DNA of 64,000 nucleotides. Source: a virus. Below are positions 44,543 through 54,286 of the stretch, piece by piece. Numbering within the stretch: the first letter of the stretch is position 1; each line of letters begins with the position of its first letter. The notes beneath the pieces were generated by a model, which was not told the origin of the DNA, did not search any database, and saw only the letters and a list, made by a program, of their open reading frames with translations. The DNA is taken from IMG/VR virus record IMGVR_UViG_3300035696_000001; one strand, 5' to 3'. The position numbers and the translations under genes are program-made.

Positions 44543-44854
44543 ATGAACAATCCGATCAAAGGCGAGTTCCCCACTTTCGCGGACTTCTGCTACCGTCCCG
44601 ATCCCGAGTACCCGAGGGGGAGGAACGGAAAGTTCCAGTGCCCGTGCTGCTGCAACTTCACGCTGGACGCGGTTGCGGTGTACAACATCTGCCCGGTATG
44701 CTTCTGGGAGGACGACGGCACCACAAACGAGCATTGCTTTTCCCCGAACGGCATCAACTTGGACGAAGGACGCATGAATTACCGGAAATACGGCTCAAGC
44801 AAGGAACACGACATCCCATATGTGAGGCCCCCGAAGCCCGATGAGCTTCCATAA
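44543..44854 (+). CDS. Cysteine-rich CPCC-family protein
   Basis: KFQCPCCCNFTLD...ICPVCFWEDDG matches the CPCC cysteine-rich domain. Confidence 0.5.
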   Translation: MNNPIKGEFPTFADFCYRPDPEYPRGRNGKFQCPCCCNFTLDAVAVYNICPVCFWEDDGTTNEHCFSPNGINLDEGRMNYRKYGSSKEHDIPYVRPPKPDELP

Positions 44855-45036
44855 CCACAGGAGTGCATTCCCGAAGCGCAACGTTGACCGCTTCACGATA
44901 AGCTGCCCCGCTTGCGGGACGGGCAAGAATTCCGAGGATTTCGGCGGAAACGACCGTTGCTTCCACTGCGACACATGCGGGCTGGTCGAATGCGAAATAA
45001 CCAGCCCGGCTGTCAAAAACGAGAGTATTAACGGGT

Positions 45037-45396
45037 ATGGCCAAAGTCAATAAGCTCGCTCTGGTGCGCCTCGCGCTGCGCACGACCCTCCTCCAACTGG
45101 ACGACAGGGAACTGCTGTGCGTCCTGACTGACATGTACACGGGCGGCGCTGTCGCTGATCAGCCCCGCTGGTGCGGCAACGGCGGCGGCACAAGCGGTCT
45201 TGAACAGGGCATTTACAACTATATGACGACGTTCCGCCGCGTCGCGAACTTGTGGATGAAGATCATAGCCCTACACGACAGCGATAAGGACAAGATCAAG
45301 CAAGAAACCATGCGCGTGCGCGACATGATCGTAAAGCGGCTCACCGAAAAAGGGGTGGAACTGACGGAAATCGAAGTAGAGGAGCCGAATGAGTAA
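45037..45396 (+). CDS. Hypothetical protein
   Basis: 119-aa ORF. Confidence 0.4.
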   Translation: MAKVNKLALVRLALRTTLLQLDDRELLCVLTDMYTGGAVADQPRWCGNGGGTSGLEQGIYNYMTTFRRVANLWMKIIALHDSDKDKIKQETMRVRDMIVKRLTEKGVELTEIEVEEPNE

Positions 45397-46276
45397 CGCA
45401 GTCTCCGGCGTGATGAACGCCCTGAAGGCCGAGGAGCTTCTGAAAGGCTCGCAGCTTTTCGACCAAATCGAGAAGCTGCGCGGCAACGTTTCGTACAGCA
45501 CGGCGGACGGGAAGCTCGCCTTCGACGATTACTTCAAGACGCTCGCGGAAGCTATCGACGCGATCCCGAAGCTCCAGCTTGAGGACGACGTCGCCCCCGG
45601 AACCGAGACCACCTACACCATCCAGCTTACCCAGGAGGTCGAGCGGATCGTTGACGAGTGCGACCGCATCTTCCGCAGGCTCAACCAGTTCGAGGGGAAG
45701 CTCCGCGAGGCGGAGCGCCAAATCCTCAACCAGAAAGCGGAATTCGTGGCGTGGTACATGCTTGCGGCGGCGACCCTCCTGAAGGACTTGGAGGACATCA
45801 AGCTCCCGCAGGCGGAGATACGCAAGCTCGGGGAGGCTGAGTTCTCCCGGCTCATGGGCGGGCTGGACGTCGTGCTCGCGTCATTGCTGGACGCCGTCAA
45901 GATCGAGACCAACCGTGCCGCGCAGCACAAGGCTTCGCAGAAGGAGAAATACAATCTCGGCAGGGATCAGGCGAACGCAAGCTGGACTAGCTCGCTCCCG
46001 GCGTTCGGCAATGCCTTCGCCGAGGAGCGCGGCGAAGTGTCCGGCGTCCAAGAAATGGACGAGGATGTGCCCGCACAGGTCAAGGCAAAGCCGCAGATTT
46101 CCATCGGCGACACGCTGCGCGTCATCAAGCCTGAGGATGCTACGATCAAGGGAACGTTCGCTAAGACGGGTGACCCGGTGCCAGCTAGGGTGATCGGCGA
46201 AGTTGAAATCCCAAATGAAGAAAAGCCGAAGTCCCCGCGCAGAAAGCTGATCGAGGAAGAGGACGAGGCGGTCTGA
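45389..46276 (+). CDS. Hypothetical coiled-coil protein
   Basis: 295 aa, helical and acidic C-terminus. Confidence 0.45.
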   Translation: MSNAVSGVMNALKAEELLKGSQLFDQIEKLRGNVSYSTADGKLAFDDYFKTLAEAIDAIPKLQLEDDVAPGTETTYTIQLTQEVERIVDECDRIFRRLNQFEGKLREAERQILNQKAEFVAWYMLAAATLLKDLEDIKLPQAEIRKLGEAEFSRLMGGLDVVLASLLDAVKIETNRAAQHKASQKEKYNLGRDQANASWTSSLPAFGNAFAEERGEVSGVQEMDEDVPAQVKAKPQISIGDTLRVIKPEDATIKGTFAKTGDPVPARVIGEVEIPNEEKPKSPRRKLIEEEDEAV

Positions 46277-46475
46277 TGCCGCCGTTCGTCGAAACCGTCA
46301 GGCTCACAGAGCAAGAACGAAAAGTCCTCAGCTTAACAGGCGAGGTATGGAACGAGTACTGCAAGCTGGACCGGGTGCATCCCGACGAGTTCGAAGAGTT
46401 GCGGCAATTCGTCCACCAGATTCAATATCTTTTGGCGAGACGAGTCGCACGGCGCGTGGAACCGGAGGTTTGGCG

Positions 46476-47078
46476 ATGAGCTTGTACGGCATGATCAACC
46501 CCGAGATTCGTCTTGCCGCTCTTGAGGCGGAGCAGGGGCATTACCTCAGCTTTGTCGCGCTCCTCGCGTTAATCCCGAAGCCCAACTACACTAAATTTTG
46601 GGAGATTATCCACGACCACAAGGAAAAAATCGTCAAGGGCCTAGGTTCCAGCCATAACCACCAGAATTGGCCTGGGGGCTACCTCGACCACATCGTGGAG
46701 ACGATGAACATAGCCTGCCAGCTTTACCGCACATTGAACGGGCTGCGCAAGCTGCCGTTCAGCCTCCACGAGGCGCTGGAGGTCATGTTCCTGCACGACA
46801 TCGAGAAACCGTTCTCCGAAGAGTTGAAGGCGGAGGGCAAATACGCCAAGGCGGACCGGAGGCGGTTCCGGGCGGACATCATCCAGAAATACGAAATCAG
46901 CCTGACGCCCGAGCAGGAGAATGCCCTGCGCTACGTGGAGGGCATACCGGACAGCGAGTACACGCCCGACGAGCGCGTCATGGGCGAGCTTGCGGCGCTT
47001 TGCCACAGCGTCGATATTTTGTCTTCGCGCCTGTGGCACGACAGGGGCAGCAAAGTCCCCGCGCCGGATTGGGAGTGA
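46476..47078 (+). CDS. HD-domain phosphohydrolase
   Basis: Start at the internal Met MSLYG. SSHNHQ..GGYLDH and FLHDIEK (H, HD, D). Confidence 0.5.
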   Translation: MSLYGMINPEIRLAALEAEQGHYLSFVALLALIPKPNYTKFWEIIHDHKEKIVKGLGSSHNHQNWPGGYLDHIVETMNIACQLYRTLNGLRKLPFSLHEALEVMFLHDIEKPFSEELKAEGKYAKADRRRFRADIIQKYEISLTPEQENALRYVEGIPDSEYTPDERVMGELAALCHSVDILSSRLWHDRGSKVPAPDWE

Positions 47079-47483
47079 GCTATGAAAAAATTCAATAAAC
47101 GAGAAAAAGCCTTCTTGCGCGACATCAAAAAGGCAAAACAGTTGGTAGACAAGAATTTCAACGGAGGCGATTCCGATGCGCTATGCGATGCGAATCTTGC
47201 TGCGTCGCGTGCATTGGACAATATTTTGAAAGGATTAGAGCCTTCATGCCGAGCCTGCTGAACGCTGCGCGGCACCTGTTCGACGAGTCCGGCATGGAGT
47301 TTATCTGGCTTGACGATCCGATGTTCCCAGACCCGATCATCGCCGTCAAGGACGCCGAGACCCTCAAAGCCATCCACACCCTGATGTGCGCCGCGACGGG
47401 GGCAGACCCGGCGTACGTCAACGTACGGCGCGTCGCCGACTGGCTGACCGAGGGGCACGCCGCCCGGAAAGCCAAGGCGGCGC

Positions 47484-47960
47484 ATGCCTCTTGATGCCGA
47501 GGTCGTCGTCAATAAGGATTTCGAGGGCCCCTCGATTCTTGAACTGACGGACATCATCCCCGGAGTCGAGGACGCCGTCAGGGTGGACTGGTCCAATTCC
47601 CGCGACGAGATAGCCACGATCCTGCGCTTCCCCGGCAAGAAGCTCATCCTCTACGTCCGCGACTTTGCCGCGCGGGACCGCACGGTGTCCTCTCTGGGGC
47701 TTCCCCTGAGGATCGAGGAGCCGGTGGTCGCAAGGGCGTGGAGCGCCCTCGCTTACCCCAAGGAGTACGACTGGCGCAACTTTTGCAAGCAGAACGAGCA
47801 CGGACCGTCCACGCGCAACATCCTGCTCAAGCTGGCGGCGGACTCGCTGCGCAAGGGCAACCGCCCATTTATAGCCGACCTCATCGAGCCGCTTTTCCTC
47901 GACGGTGTTAATATTGTGGATGTGGACGTGCTTTTGCGTTTGAAAGGCAGACAAAGGTAA
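47484..47960 (+). CDS. Hypothetical protein
   Basis: 158-aa ORF. Confidence 0.4.
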   Translation: MPLDAEVVVNKDFEGPSILELTDIIPGVEDAVRVDWSNSRDEIATILRFPGKKLILYVRDFAARDRTVSSLGLPLRIEEPVVARAWSALAYPKEYDWRNFCKQNEHGPSTRNILLKLAADSLRKGNRPFIADLIEPLFLDGVNIVDVDVLLRLKGRQR

Positions 47961-48218
47961 GCATGTGGAGGGGGCTGTGAGCATGAAGGCATTTGACAGC
48001 GGGAAAGTGACGTTCGACATTCCAAGAACATTCGATGGGGACAAGTGCCCTACGTGCGGCACGGTATTCATCAAGGACATGCACCCGTTCGCCGTGAAGT
48101 TCCGCAAGGAGCAGGAGCGCAAGCGCCGCTCCCGCGCCGCCAAGAAAGGCTGGCAGAGGCGCAAGTGCGAGGAAAACGACCCCGACCGCGACGGGGCGAG
48201 GCACTACTAGGGCATAAT

Positions 48219-48470
48219 ATGTCAGAAGCCTGTAACCACGAACGCTACAACCCAACGTGCAAGCATGCGAAGCCGACTAAGTTCGAGCTTAAGGTCGCCA
48301 AGGTGCTTTGCGACGCGCAGGGCGAGTACGACTGGAAGGGTCTCAAGGATGTAAAGAATAACCCCTCCACGGCGTATGCCTATTACGACTACATCGAGAT
48401 GGCTCAGAAAGTCATCAAGAAGTTGGGGCTGAAAGACGATGCCGAAGGGTCAAAGGGGATGTCGCGATAG
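48219..48470 (+). CDS. Hypothetical protein
   Basis: Start at the internal Met MSEACNHERY. Confidence 0.35.
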   Translation: MSEACNHERYNPTCKHAKPTKFELKVAKVLCDAQGEYDWKGLKDVKNNPSTAYAYYDYIEMAQKVIKKLGLKDDAEGSKGMSR

Positions 48471-48514
48471 CCCGGACATACGAGCCACGAGGCGTTTCCT
48501 ATTCGTCGAGGCTG

Positions 48515-48904
48515 TCAGTCTTTTCTCTCACCGCGATCCACGAGCTTAATGATCCCGTCCCTGATTTCCCGCGAAAGCAAAATCTGTTCCTCGTGGTACT
48601 TTTTCTCGTCGATGAGAGCGTCCTCAATATGCCGAAGGTGGTTAGTTTCAATGGCGTCCACCCCAAGCTTGGTCTCTGCAACCATCTTAGCAGACTCGAC
48701 CAATGTTACTTTCATTTCTTCGATACTCATGATGTTGCGAAACGCCTCGGAACTTTTCTCGTACATAACGCCTATCCACCGGATCATCCCGTAGCACACG
48801 CCGACAGCGCCCCCCACGCTCACGATGATGCCGCAAACCCAAAGTAGTTTTGTCAGGGATACGAGTGCGAGGAAGGTCGTTACGATCTCGGCTTTTGGTG
48901 TCAT
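48515..48904 (-). CDS. Hypothetical membrane protein (opposite strand, lower-GC islet)
   Basis: Start at the internal Met MTPKAEIVTTFLALVSLTKLLWVCGIIVSVGGAVGV. The upstream part of the ORF-track entry is junk. No good SD. Confidence 0.35.
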   Translation of the reverse strand: MTPKAEIVTTFLALVSLTKLLWVCGIIVSVGGAVGVCYGMIRWIGVMYEKSSEAFRNIMSIEEMKVTLVESAKMVAETKLGVDAIETNHLRHIEDALIDEKKYHEEQILLSREIRDGIIKLVDRGERKD

Positions 48905-48973
48905 ACTACTTAAAGGACAGGAAGTTAAGGAATATCGCCGGATTGCGGTATTACTTTGAAGAGGTAAGGAAAT

Positions 48974-49276
48974 TTGCCAATAAATGAAGCAAATATGGTG
49001 GCGACCGCTGACAGTGAGGTAGTGACGTTCGACAGGACATCGAATACCTGCTATGGAGAAACGATGGCGATAGACTGGAAAAAGGAGCTTAGCCTTCTCG
49101 GGCGCGGTTATTGGTGGTATATGAAGGCGGGCCTCATCTCCGTGCCCTTCGGCATTGCCTACGGGTGCATCAACCTGTACCTCGGGCACGAAAGCAAGGC
49201 AGCCTTCGTCGTCATCATCGCCGCGGCCTTGATTACTACCTTCAAAATTCAGGGGATGATGCCGCCGAGAGAGTAA
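48974..49276 (+). CDS. Hypothetical membrane protein
   Basis: TM segments ISVPFGIAYGCINLYL and AAFVVIIAAALITTF. Confidence 0.35.
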   Translation: MPINEANMVATADSEVVTFDRTSNTCYGETMAIDWKKELSLLGRGYWWYMKAGLISVPFGIAYGCINLYLGHESKAAFVVIIAAALITTFKIQGMMPPRE

Positions 49277-49296
49277 TAGACTCGTGGAGGTCCGCC

Positions 49297-49611
49297 ATGA
49301 GTAAAAACAATTCGTACATCACCCTTGTCCAAGCACCCGGAATCCCCGCGTCAGAACGCAAAGCCCTTGAGGCGCATTGGCGCAAAGCTGAGCTAGACCC
49401 TAATTACGCCGTCGTATTAAACTACGAGTGCAGGGTCGATGTGATCACAATTTTACCCGGTTCTAAGCTGCTTGTGCAGGCTCCCGAGATTCCGGTGTCG
49501 GAGCTTCGCAAGCTTGGCGAGCAGGTCACGAAGGCAAGAAAAGCCAAGCGACAAGAAGATCGTCTAGTTGTGGTCAACTACGGATGCCGGATCGACGCTG
49601 TCGCCGCCTGA
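49297..49611 (+). CDS. Hypothetical protein with internal duplication
   Basis: VQAPGIPASERKALE and VQAPEIPVSELRKLGE half-repeats. GGAGG SD. Confidence 0.4.
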   Translation: MSKNNSYITLVQAPGIPASERKALEAHWRKAELDPNYAVVLNYECRVDVITILPGSKLLVQAPEIPVSELRKLGEQVTKARKAKRQEDRLVVVNYGCRIDAVAA

Positions 49612-49944
49612 AGTGGTGTGGTAGACTTGCGGGGGAGGCTTGATGGCGACGAAATCAACCATTACCGACCTGCAAGCGGTCTTGGATCGCCTTCGCTCCC
49701 ATCGTGAATGCGAATGTTGCGGGGAGACCGTGGTTTGCCTCGGTCCCGACCCCAACAACAGACCCTACGGATTGTGGGTTCACGAAGCCACACAGGACAA
49801 ATTGTGCCAATACGATGATGCCGAGGCGCACGAAGCGAGGAGACGATGACGGATCGCTTGGGAACCCACAAAGTCGGTCATCCTCCGGGGCACCGTGCGG
49901 CAGACCTGAAAATCGGGAATAGCCTCCTTTAGTAGGAGCTTTCG

Positions 49945-50625
49945 GTGAACAATTGGTATGACATCCTAAAAATGACCCAAGTCGGTCACAGGCTTTTCGT
50001 GGGCGGATACGCCCAAGCGACGGACTTGGCCAAGGACAATCCCCACAAGATCACTGCGGTTTTGTGCGTCCATCAGGTGATGGACTACCCCAAAGACCCC
50101 GGCATTGTCTACATGCACATCCCGTTCGCTGACGGCGAGGGCATTCCGCCCAAGGTGTTTGTGAGATGCCTCGGCTGGCTGAAGTACATGTACGAGAACG
50201 GGCATACGATCTACATCCACTGCGCCGCTGGCATTTCCCGGTCGGTGGCGATAATGGCAGCCTTCATGCACTACGAGGGCATTGCGGAATTCAACGAGGC
50301 GCTCGACCAAATTCGCCTGTGCCGCCCGAACGCCAGCCCCGCGCCGAACGTGCTCAATTCCGCGAGGCAGATGCTGGGCGTGTACCCCTACGACGGGTCA
50401 TATGACGCCGAGCCGGAACACCAGAAAGCTGTTCACAGCGATCTGATCGAAGCAGCGCAAAACCGCCGTGCCGCCGAGCAGCACCCGGACGAGAATTGTC
50501 CGATGCGGCAGTTTCTCCTGTCGGGAACGGAAAGCAACGTGCCGCGCCACGAGATTCCTTGTTCCTGCGAGTCGCTCCAAACGCCGCTGGACATCGCAAG
50601 GCAGAAGGACGAAGCACCCCAATGA
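49945..50625 (+). CDS. Dual-specificity protein phosphatase (DUSP, CX5R)
   Basis: Active-site P-loop IHCAAGISRSVAIMAAFM. Confidence 0.8.
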   Translation: MNNWYDILKMTQVGHRLFVGGYAQATDLAKDNPHKITAVLCVHQVMDYPKDPGIVYMHIPFADGEGIPPKVFVRCLGWLKYMYENGHTIYIHCAAGISRSVAIMAAFMHYEGIAEFNEALDQIRLCRPNASPAPNVLNSARQMLGVYPYDGSYDAEPEHQKAVHSDLIEAAQNRRAAEQHPDENCPMRQFLLSGTESNVPRHEIPCSCESLQTPLDIARQKDEAPQ

Positions 50626-50799
50626 GCATTGGGCTATGCCCTACGGGCGAGCATTACGACGACTGGTGCTGCAAGGTGCACGACCACGGCATCGAGGACG
50701 CTCTTTGCGTTTGCGATGAGCTTCGGGAAAATGCTGAGGATTTTGCCAGGGCGCTAAAGACCGCCTTCTCTCCCCGTCGCATCAAACCCAGTGGGAGCA

Positions 50800-51440
50800 A
50801 TGGTGACACCTGAACAAATCCTCGACGAAGCCTTCGACAACGAAGGCGTTGCCCAGAACCATCGCGACGACATCAAAGCCTACCTTCATGCCCTGAAGAA
50901 CCGCGACCCGAAGACCTATGAGCACAGCATCCGCGTCGGCGTGCTGGCCAGCAGGGTTGCTCTTTATGCCGCCAAGCCGGGAATCAGCGCGAGGATGCTC
51001 CTCTGGGCTGGGTTGCTGCACGACATAGGCAAGACTCTCGTCCGCCCGGAAGTCCTCACCAAGACGTCGAACTTCACGCAAGAGGACTACGCCGCCATAG
51101 AGCCGCATGTCCAGTACGGCTGGGACATGCTGAATCGCGTCCACGACTGGACGGCGTACATCATCGTTAGGCACCACCAGTTCAGGGCTAAACCCTATCC
51201 CGCCGAGCTTCCCCCGCTGCCGGAGTACCTGCGCGACAAAGCCGAGATAATCCAAGTTGCCGCCCGCCTGTGTTGGCGCTTGCAGATTTTTTTGACGCCC
51301 TCACCCACAGGGATAACGACAGGAACGGCAACAAGCCCTTTACAGCTAGGGAAAAACGCGAAATCTACATGCGGGATAACGCCGACCAGAGAGAACTCAT
51401 TGAGCTTCTTGAATCAGTTGGCGTGCTGAAGTTCTCATGA
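50800..51440 (+). CDS. HD-GYP/HDIG-type HD-domain phosphohydrolase with apparent frameshift near 51270-51285
   Basis: YEHSIRVG..LLHDIGK..HHQ in frame A up to ~51280. The canonical C-terminal IADFFDALTHRDNDRNGNKPF..REIYM continues in the -1 frame, which ends at TGA 51438..51440. No single intact frame covers both parts. Confidence 0.5.
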
Positions 51441-51683
51441 CGCAAGACGAATGGCGGGAAATCATAGAGATTCTTTTTGACCATTGGAACCCGTTCCCGA
51501 GCCGGTCTTATTGTGAAAAAGTGGGCTGGGAGGCGAATCCAGACGGCACCGTCGAAACACCGTTCGGATGCATCCCCACCAGCGACCTTTGCGAAATCCG
51601 GGAGCTTGAAGCGTTATACCGAAAATGACCCTAGCCAAGCGAATAAGACTGTTTTTCAGGCGCTTAGGTAGGGGAAAACCTGC

Positions 51684-52154
51684 ATGGCAGTAGAAATCAA
51701 AGCGCCCGGAAAGTACGATACCTCAGCACGCTACACGATCTTCCTTGCAGGAGCCATAGACCAAGGGAAGGCGGAGAACTGGCAGGAAAAGGTCGTCCGA
51801 GCGCTGGATGAGTTTGACGTCACCGTTCTGAACCCACGTCGGGACGACTGGGACGACTCTTGGGAACAGACTGCCGATAATCCTCAGTTTCGGGAGCAAG
51901 TAGAATGGGAGCTTGATGCGCAAGAAGCGGCTGATATGATCGTTTTCGTTTTTACCGCCGACTCGAAGGCCCCGATCACCTTCCTTGAATTCGGGCTGTT
52001 CGCCCCGAAGAAGGACGCGGTGGTCTGCGCCGAGGAGGGCTTCTACAGGCAGGGGAACCTCGACATCGTGGCCGAGCGCCACAAGGTGTCGATGTACCAC
52101 AACCTCGACGAGATGATAGCCGATCTGCAAACAGTTTTGAGGGAGAAGGCTTGA
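51684..52154 (+). CDS. Nucleoside 2-deoxyribosyltransferase-like protein
   Basis: YTIFLAGAIDQG N-terminus and FLEFGLFAPKKDAVVC with a candidate catalytic Glu. Weak family assignment. Confidence 0.4.
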   Translation: MAVEIKAPGKYDTSARYTIFLAGAIDQGKAENWQEKVVRALDEFDVTVLNPRRDDWDDSWEQTADNPQFREQVEWELDAQEAADMIVFVFTADSKAPITFLEFGLFAPKKDAVVCAEEGFYRQGNLDIVAERHKVSMYHNLDEMIADLQTVLREKA

Positions 52155-52984
52155 TGGGCCAGATGGTGTATGTCTTGACGACTTTCGAGGGCACCGGCAA
52201 GCACAAGGAATGGAGACCCGTGGCCGTGGTCTCCAACCCTGACCTCGCGAGCCAGTGGTACGAGTACGGCACGAACGTTGACTGGATTCCGTTTGAGCTT
52301 GACGACGTCAAGAACATCTCGCCGGAAAACATGCCGACCTTCCACCCCCGCGAAACCACGCCCGGCGAGGCGAGAGCCATCGAACTTAGCAAAAAGATGG
52401 AGGCGACGATCCAGCGGATGCAGAAGATCATCGACGACCAGGAAGCGCTCATCAAGAAGCTGACGCGGGGGAAGAAAGCCGGGCACGAGTCGATGCTAAA
52501 AGGCGTCAATGTACTGAACATCTCAGACCCGGAGAACCCAGCCCCCAACCCTTTCGTCCACAACTCGGGGACTGCCGAGGAGGATACAATCCCGCCAAAG
52601 CCGATGGAAGGCGGTTCGCGACCATTTCCCCCGACGTTGGACGCGCAAGGGATCGCCGATTACATCGAGACCTACGCGGTGTACCCGGTGGACAACGAGT
52701 TCGTGTACGAGAAGTTCCGGGGCAGCCACGCAGTTCTCAAGCTGGTGCCGATAGCCAGCCTCCGCGAGGGCGGTCGCGAGCAGAATCTCCGAAGCAAGAA
52801 GATCGAGGACAAGTACCTGAAGCAGAGTCTCAAGACGCAGCCCCCCGCCGTGGTCGAGGACGGGGAGGTCTTGGACGGCAACCACAGGCTCCGAGCCAAC
52901 AAGCGGAGGGGTTTGACGCACATGTGGTGCTATGTTGTTATGGGGGATGAGAATGGTGACACTGACGCCAACGGCAGTAATTAA
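52151..52984 (+). CDS. ParB-like nuclease domain protein
   Basis: C-terminal VVEDGEVLDGNHRLRANKRRG (DGxHR ParB N-terminal-domain motif). Confidence 0.5.
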   Translation: MMGQMVYVLTTFEGTGKHKEWRPVAVVSNPDLASQWYEYGTNVDWIPFELDDVKNISPENMPTFHPRETTPGEARAIELSKKMEATIQRMQKIIDDQEALIKKLTRGKKAGHESMLKGVNVLNISDPENPAPNPFVHNSGTAEEDTIPPKPMEGGSRPFPPTLDAQGIADYIETYAVYPVDNEFVYEKFRGSHAVLKLVPIASLREGGREQNLRSKKIEDKYLKQSLKTQPPAVVEDGEVLDGNHRLRANKRRGLTHMWCYVVMGDENGDTDANGSN

Positions 52985-53282
52985 GATCAAGCAGATCGCG
53001 GAGCAGCAAGACCCGAAGCCTCCTGCGGTGCGCATCGGCGTGCGCGGCGGGGGATGCAGTGGTTTTAGCTACGCCATGGCGTTCGACCCTGAGCCTGCTG
53101 CGGGCGAAAATGACAACGAGTTCGACCTCGACGGCTTGAAGGTGCGGGTGGACAACATGTCGGCCATGTACCTTGAAGGCTGCGAGATCGACTACGTGGA
53201 GGCGCTGGACGGCGCGGGCTTCAAGTTCAACAACCCGAACGTGAAGAGCACGTGCGGCTGCGGAAGCTCGTTCAGCGTATAA
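52953..53282 (+). CDS. iscA: IscA/ErpA-type Fe-S cluster insertion protein
   Basis: RIGVRGGGCSGFSY...NPNVKSTCGCGSSFSV carries the three conserved Cys. Start at the internal Met MVTLTP with GGGGGATGAGA SD. Confidence 0.8.
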   Translation: MVTLTPTAVIKIKQIAEQQDPKPPAVRIGVRGGGCSGFSYAMAFDPEPAAGENDNEFDLDGLKVRVDNMSAMYLEGCEIDYVEALDGAGFKFNNPNVKSTCGCGSSFSV

Positions 53283-53291
53283 TGGGGAAGC

Positions 53292-53954
53292 GTGAATTTC
53301 CCGTACAACAAAGTCCTTGAGATCAGGGCGCAGTACCAAGCCGGGAAGCTCGACCGCGAGGCGGCGAAGGAACGGCTTGCGTACCTGCTTGACTTGAAGG
53401 ACGACAGCGACTTCTGCGAGGATGCCGTCAAGGCTCAGGTCGATAGCGGCGGCTGGGGGGAGCTTTGGTCAAAAAACTATCGGAGCTACGGCCCGCTCCT
53501 GCGGCTGTCCGATGTGTGCAACGTCCTGAGGCTGTGGGCTAGGGTGTATGCCGCGCCGCTTCCCGGCGACGACGAACACAAAAGGCAGGACCGCGAGAAG
53601 CTGCAAGAGACGGCGAGCTACGTGGACATGCAAATCTCGAAAAGCTGCCTGCTCGACCGCCTCTTCCTCCAAGAGGAAGGGCTGCGCACTGTCCCTTGCC
53701 CCGAGCACAAAGGGTACTGGAGCGGCTGCAACTGGGACGCCCTTGGCTGTGCGTGCCGCAATGGGGCGAACGTGACGGGCTGGCTCCCTGCCGGGGAATC
53801 CACCGGGTACTCCGACGACCCCGAAGCCCCGCCGTGCGATTTCTGCGGCAAGCCGCCGCTCAGGCAGGGGCTGTGGAGCCGCCGGATAGACGGCAAGCAT
53901 GGGCACCCCGAGTGCCTGGACAAAAATCCCATGGCCCCGAAGGACGCAGCATGA
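53292..53954 (+). CDS. Hypothetical Cys-rich protein (possible metal/Fe-S client)
   Basis: 220 aa with CPEHKGYWSGCNWDALGCACRNG and CDFCGKPP...HPECLDKNP. Confidence 0.45.
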   Translation: MNFPYNKVLEIRAQYQAGKLDREAAKERLAYLLDLKDDSDFCEDAVKAQVDSGGWGELWSKNYRSYGPLLRLSDVCNVLRLWARVYAAPLPGDDEHKRQDREKLQETASYVDMQISKSCLLDRLFLQEEGLRTVPCPEHKGYWSGCNWDALGCACRNGANVTGWLPAGESTGYSDDPEAPPCDFCGKPPLRQGLWSRRIDGKHGHPECLDKNPMAPKDAA

Positions 53955-54286
53955 TCGGCGCGGGCACACACATCCCAACTCCGAAGGACGCCCCCACGGG
54001 GGGCTGGGACACGGGGGGCTGGGACACGGGGGGCTGGGACAACATGTACTGCTACAGCGTGCCCGCGACGCCTGAGCGCCCAGACCCACGCAAAAACCCC
54101 AAGAATTGGGCGCTGTGGTTCCGGGAATTCCTGGCGCTGGTCTGCCTCCGTTGTGAACAGCCCACAATTCGAGCTACGAGGATCGTTTATGATTGGCTCG
54201 CCGGGCAAGTGCGCTGCCGATCCGGCACCCTGCCGACCCGTGAATGGAAAATGAAGGATTGGGTTCAAGCGCTGAGAGCTTCCTGA
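53951..54286 (+). CDS. Hypothetical protein with GGWDT x3 repeat
   Basis: ATGA-coupled. Encodes TGGWDTGGWDTGGWDN from a 15-bp tandem repeat. Confidence 0.4.
   Translation: MIGAGTHIPTPKDAPTGGWDTGGWDTGGWDNMYCYSVPATPERPDPRKNPKNWALWFREFLALVCLRCEQPTIRATRIVYDWLAGQVRCRSGTLPTREWKMKDWVQALRAS
53996..54045. repeat. 15-bp tandem repeat x3 (GGGGGGCTGGGACAC)
   Basis: Direct perfect repeats visible in the sequence, lying in-frame within the CDS 53951..54286. Confidence 0.8.
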
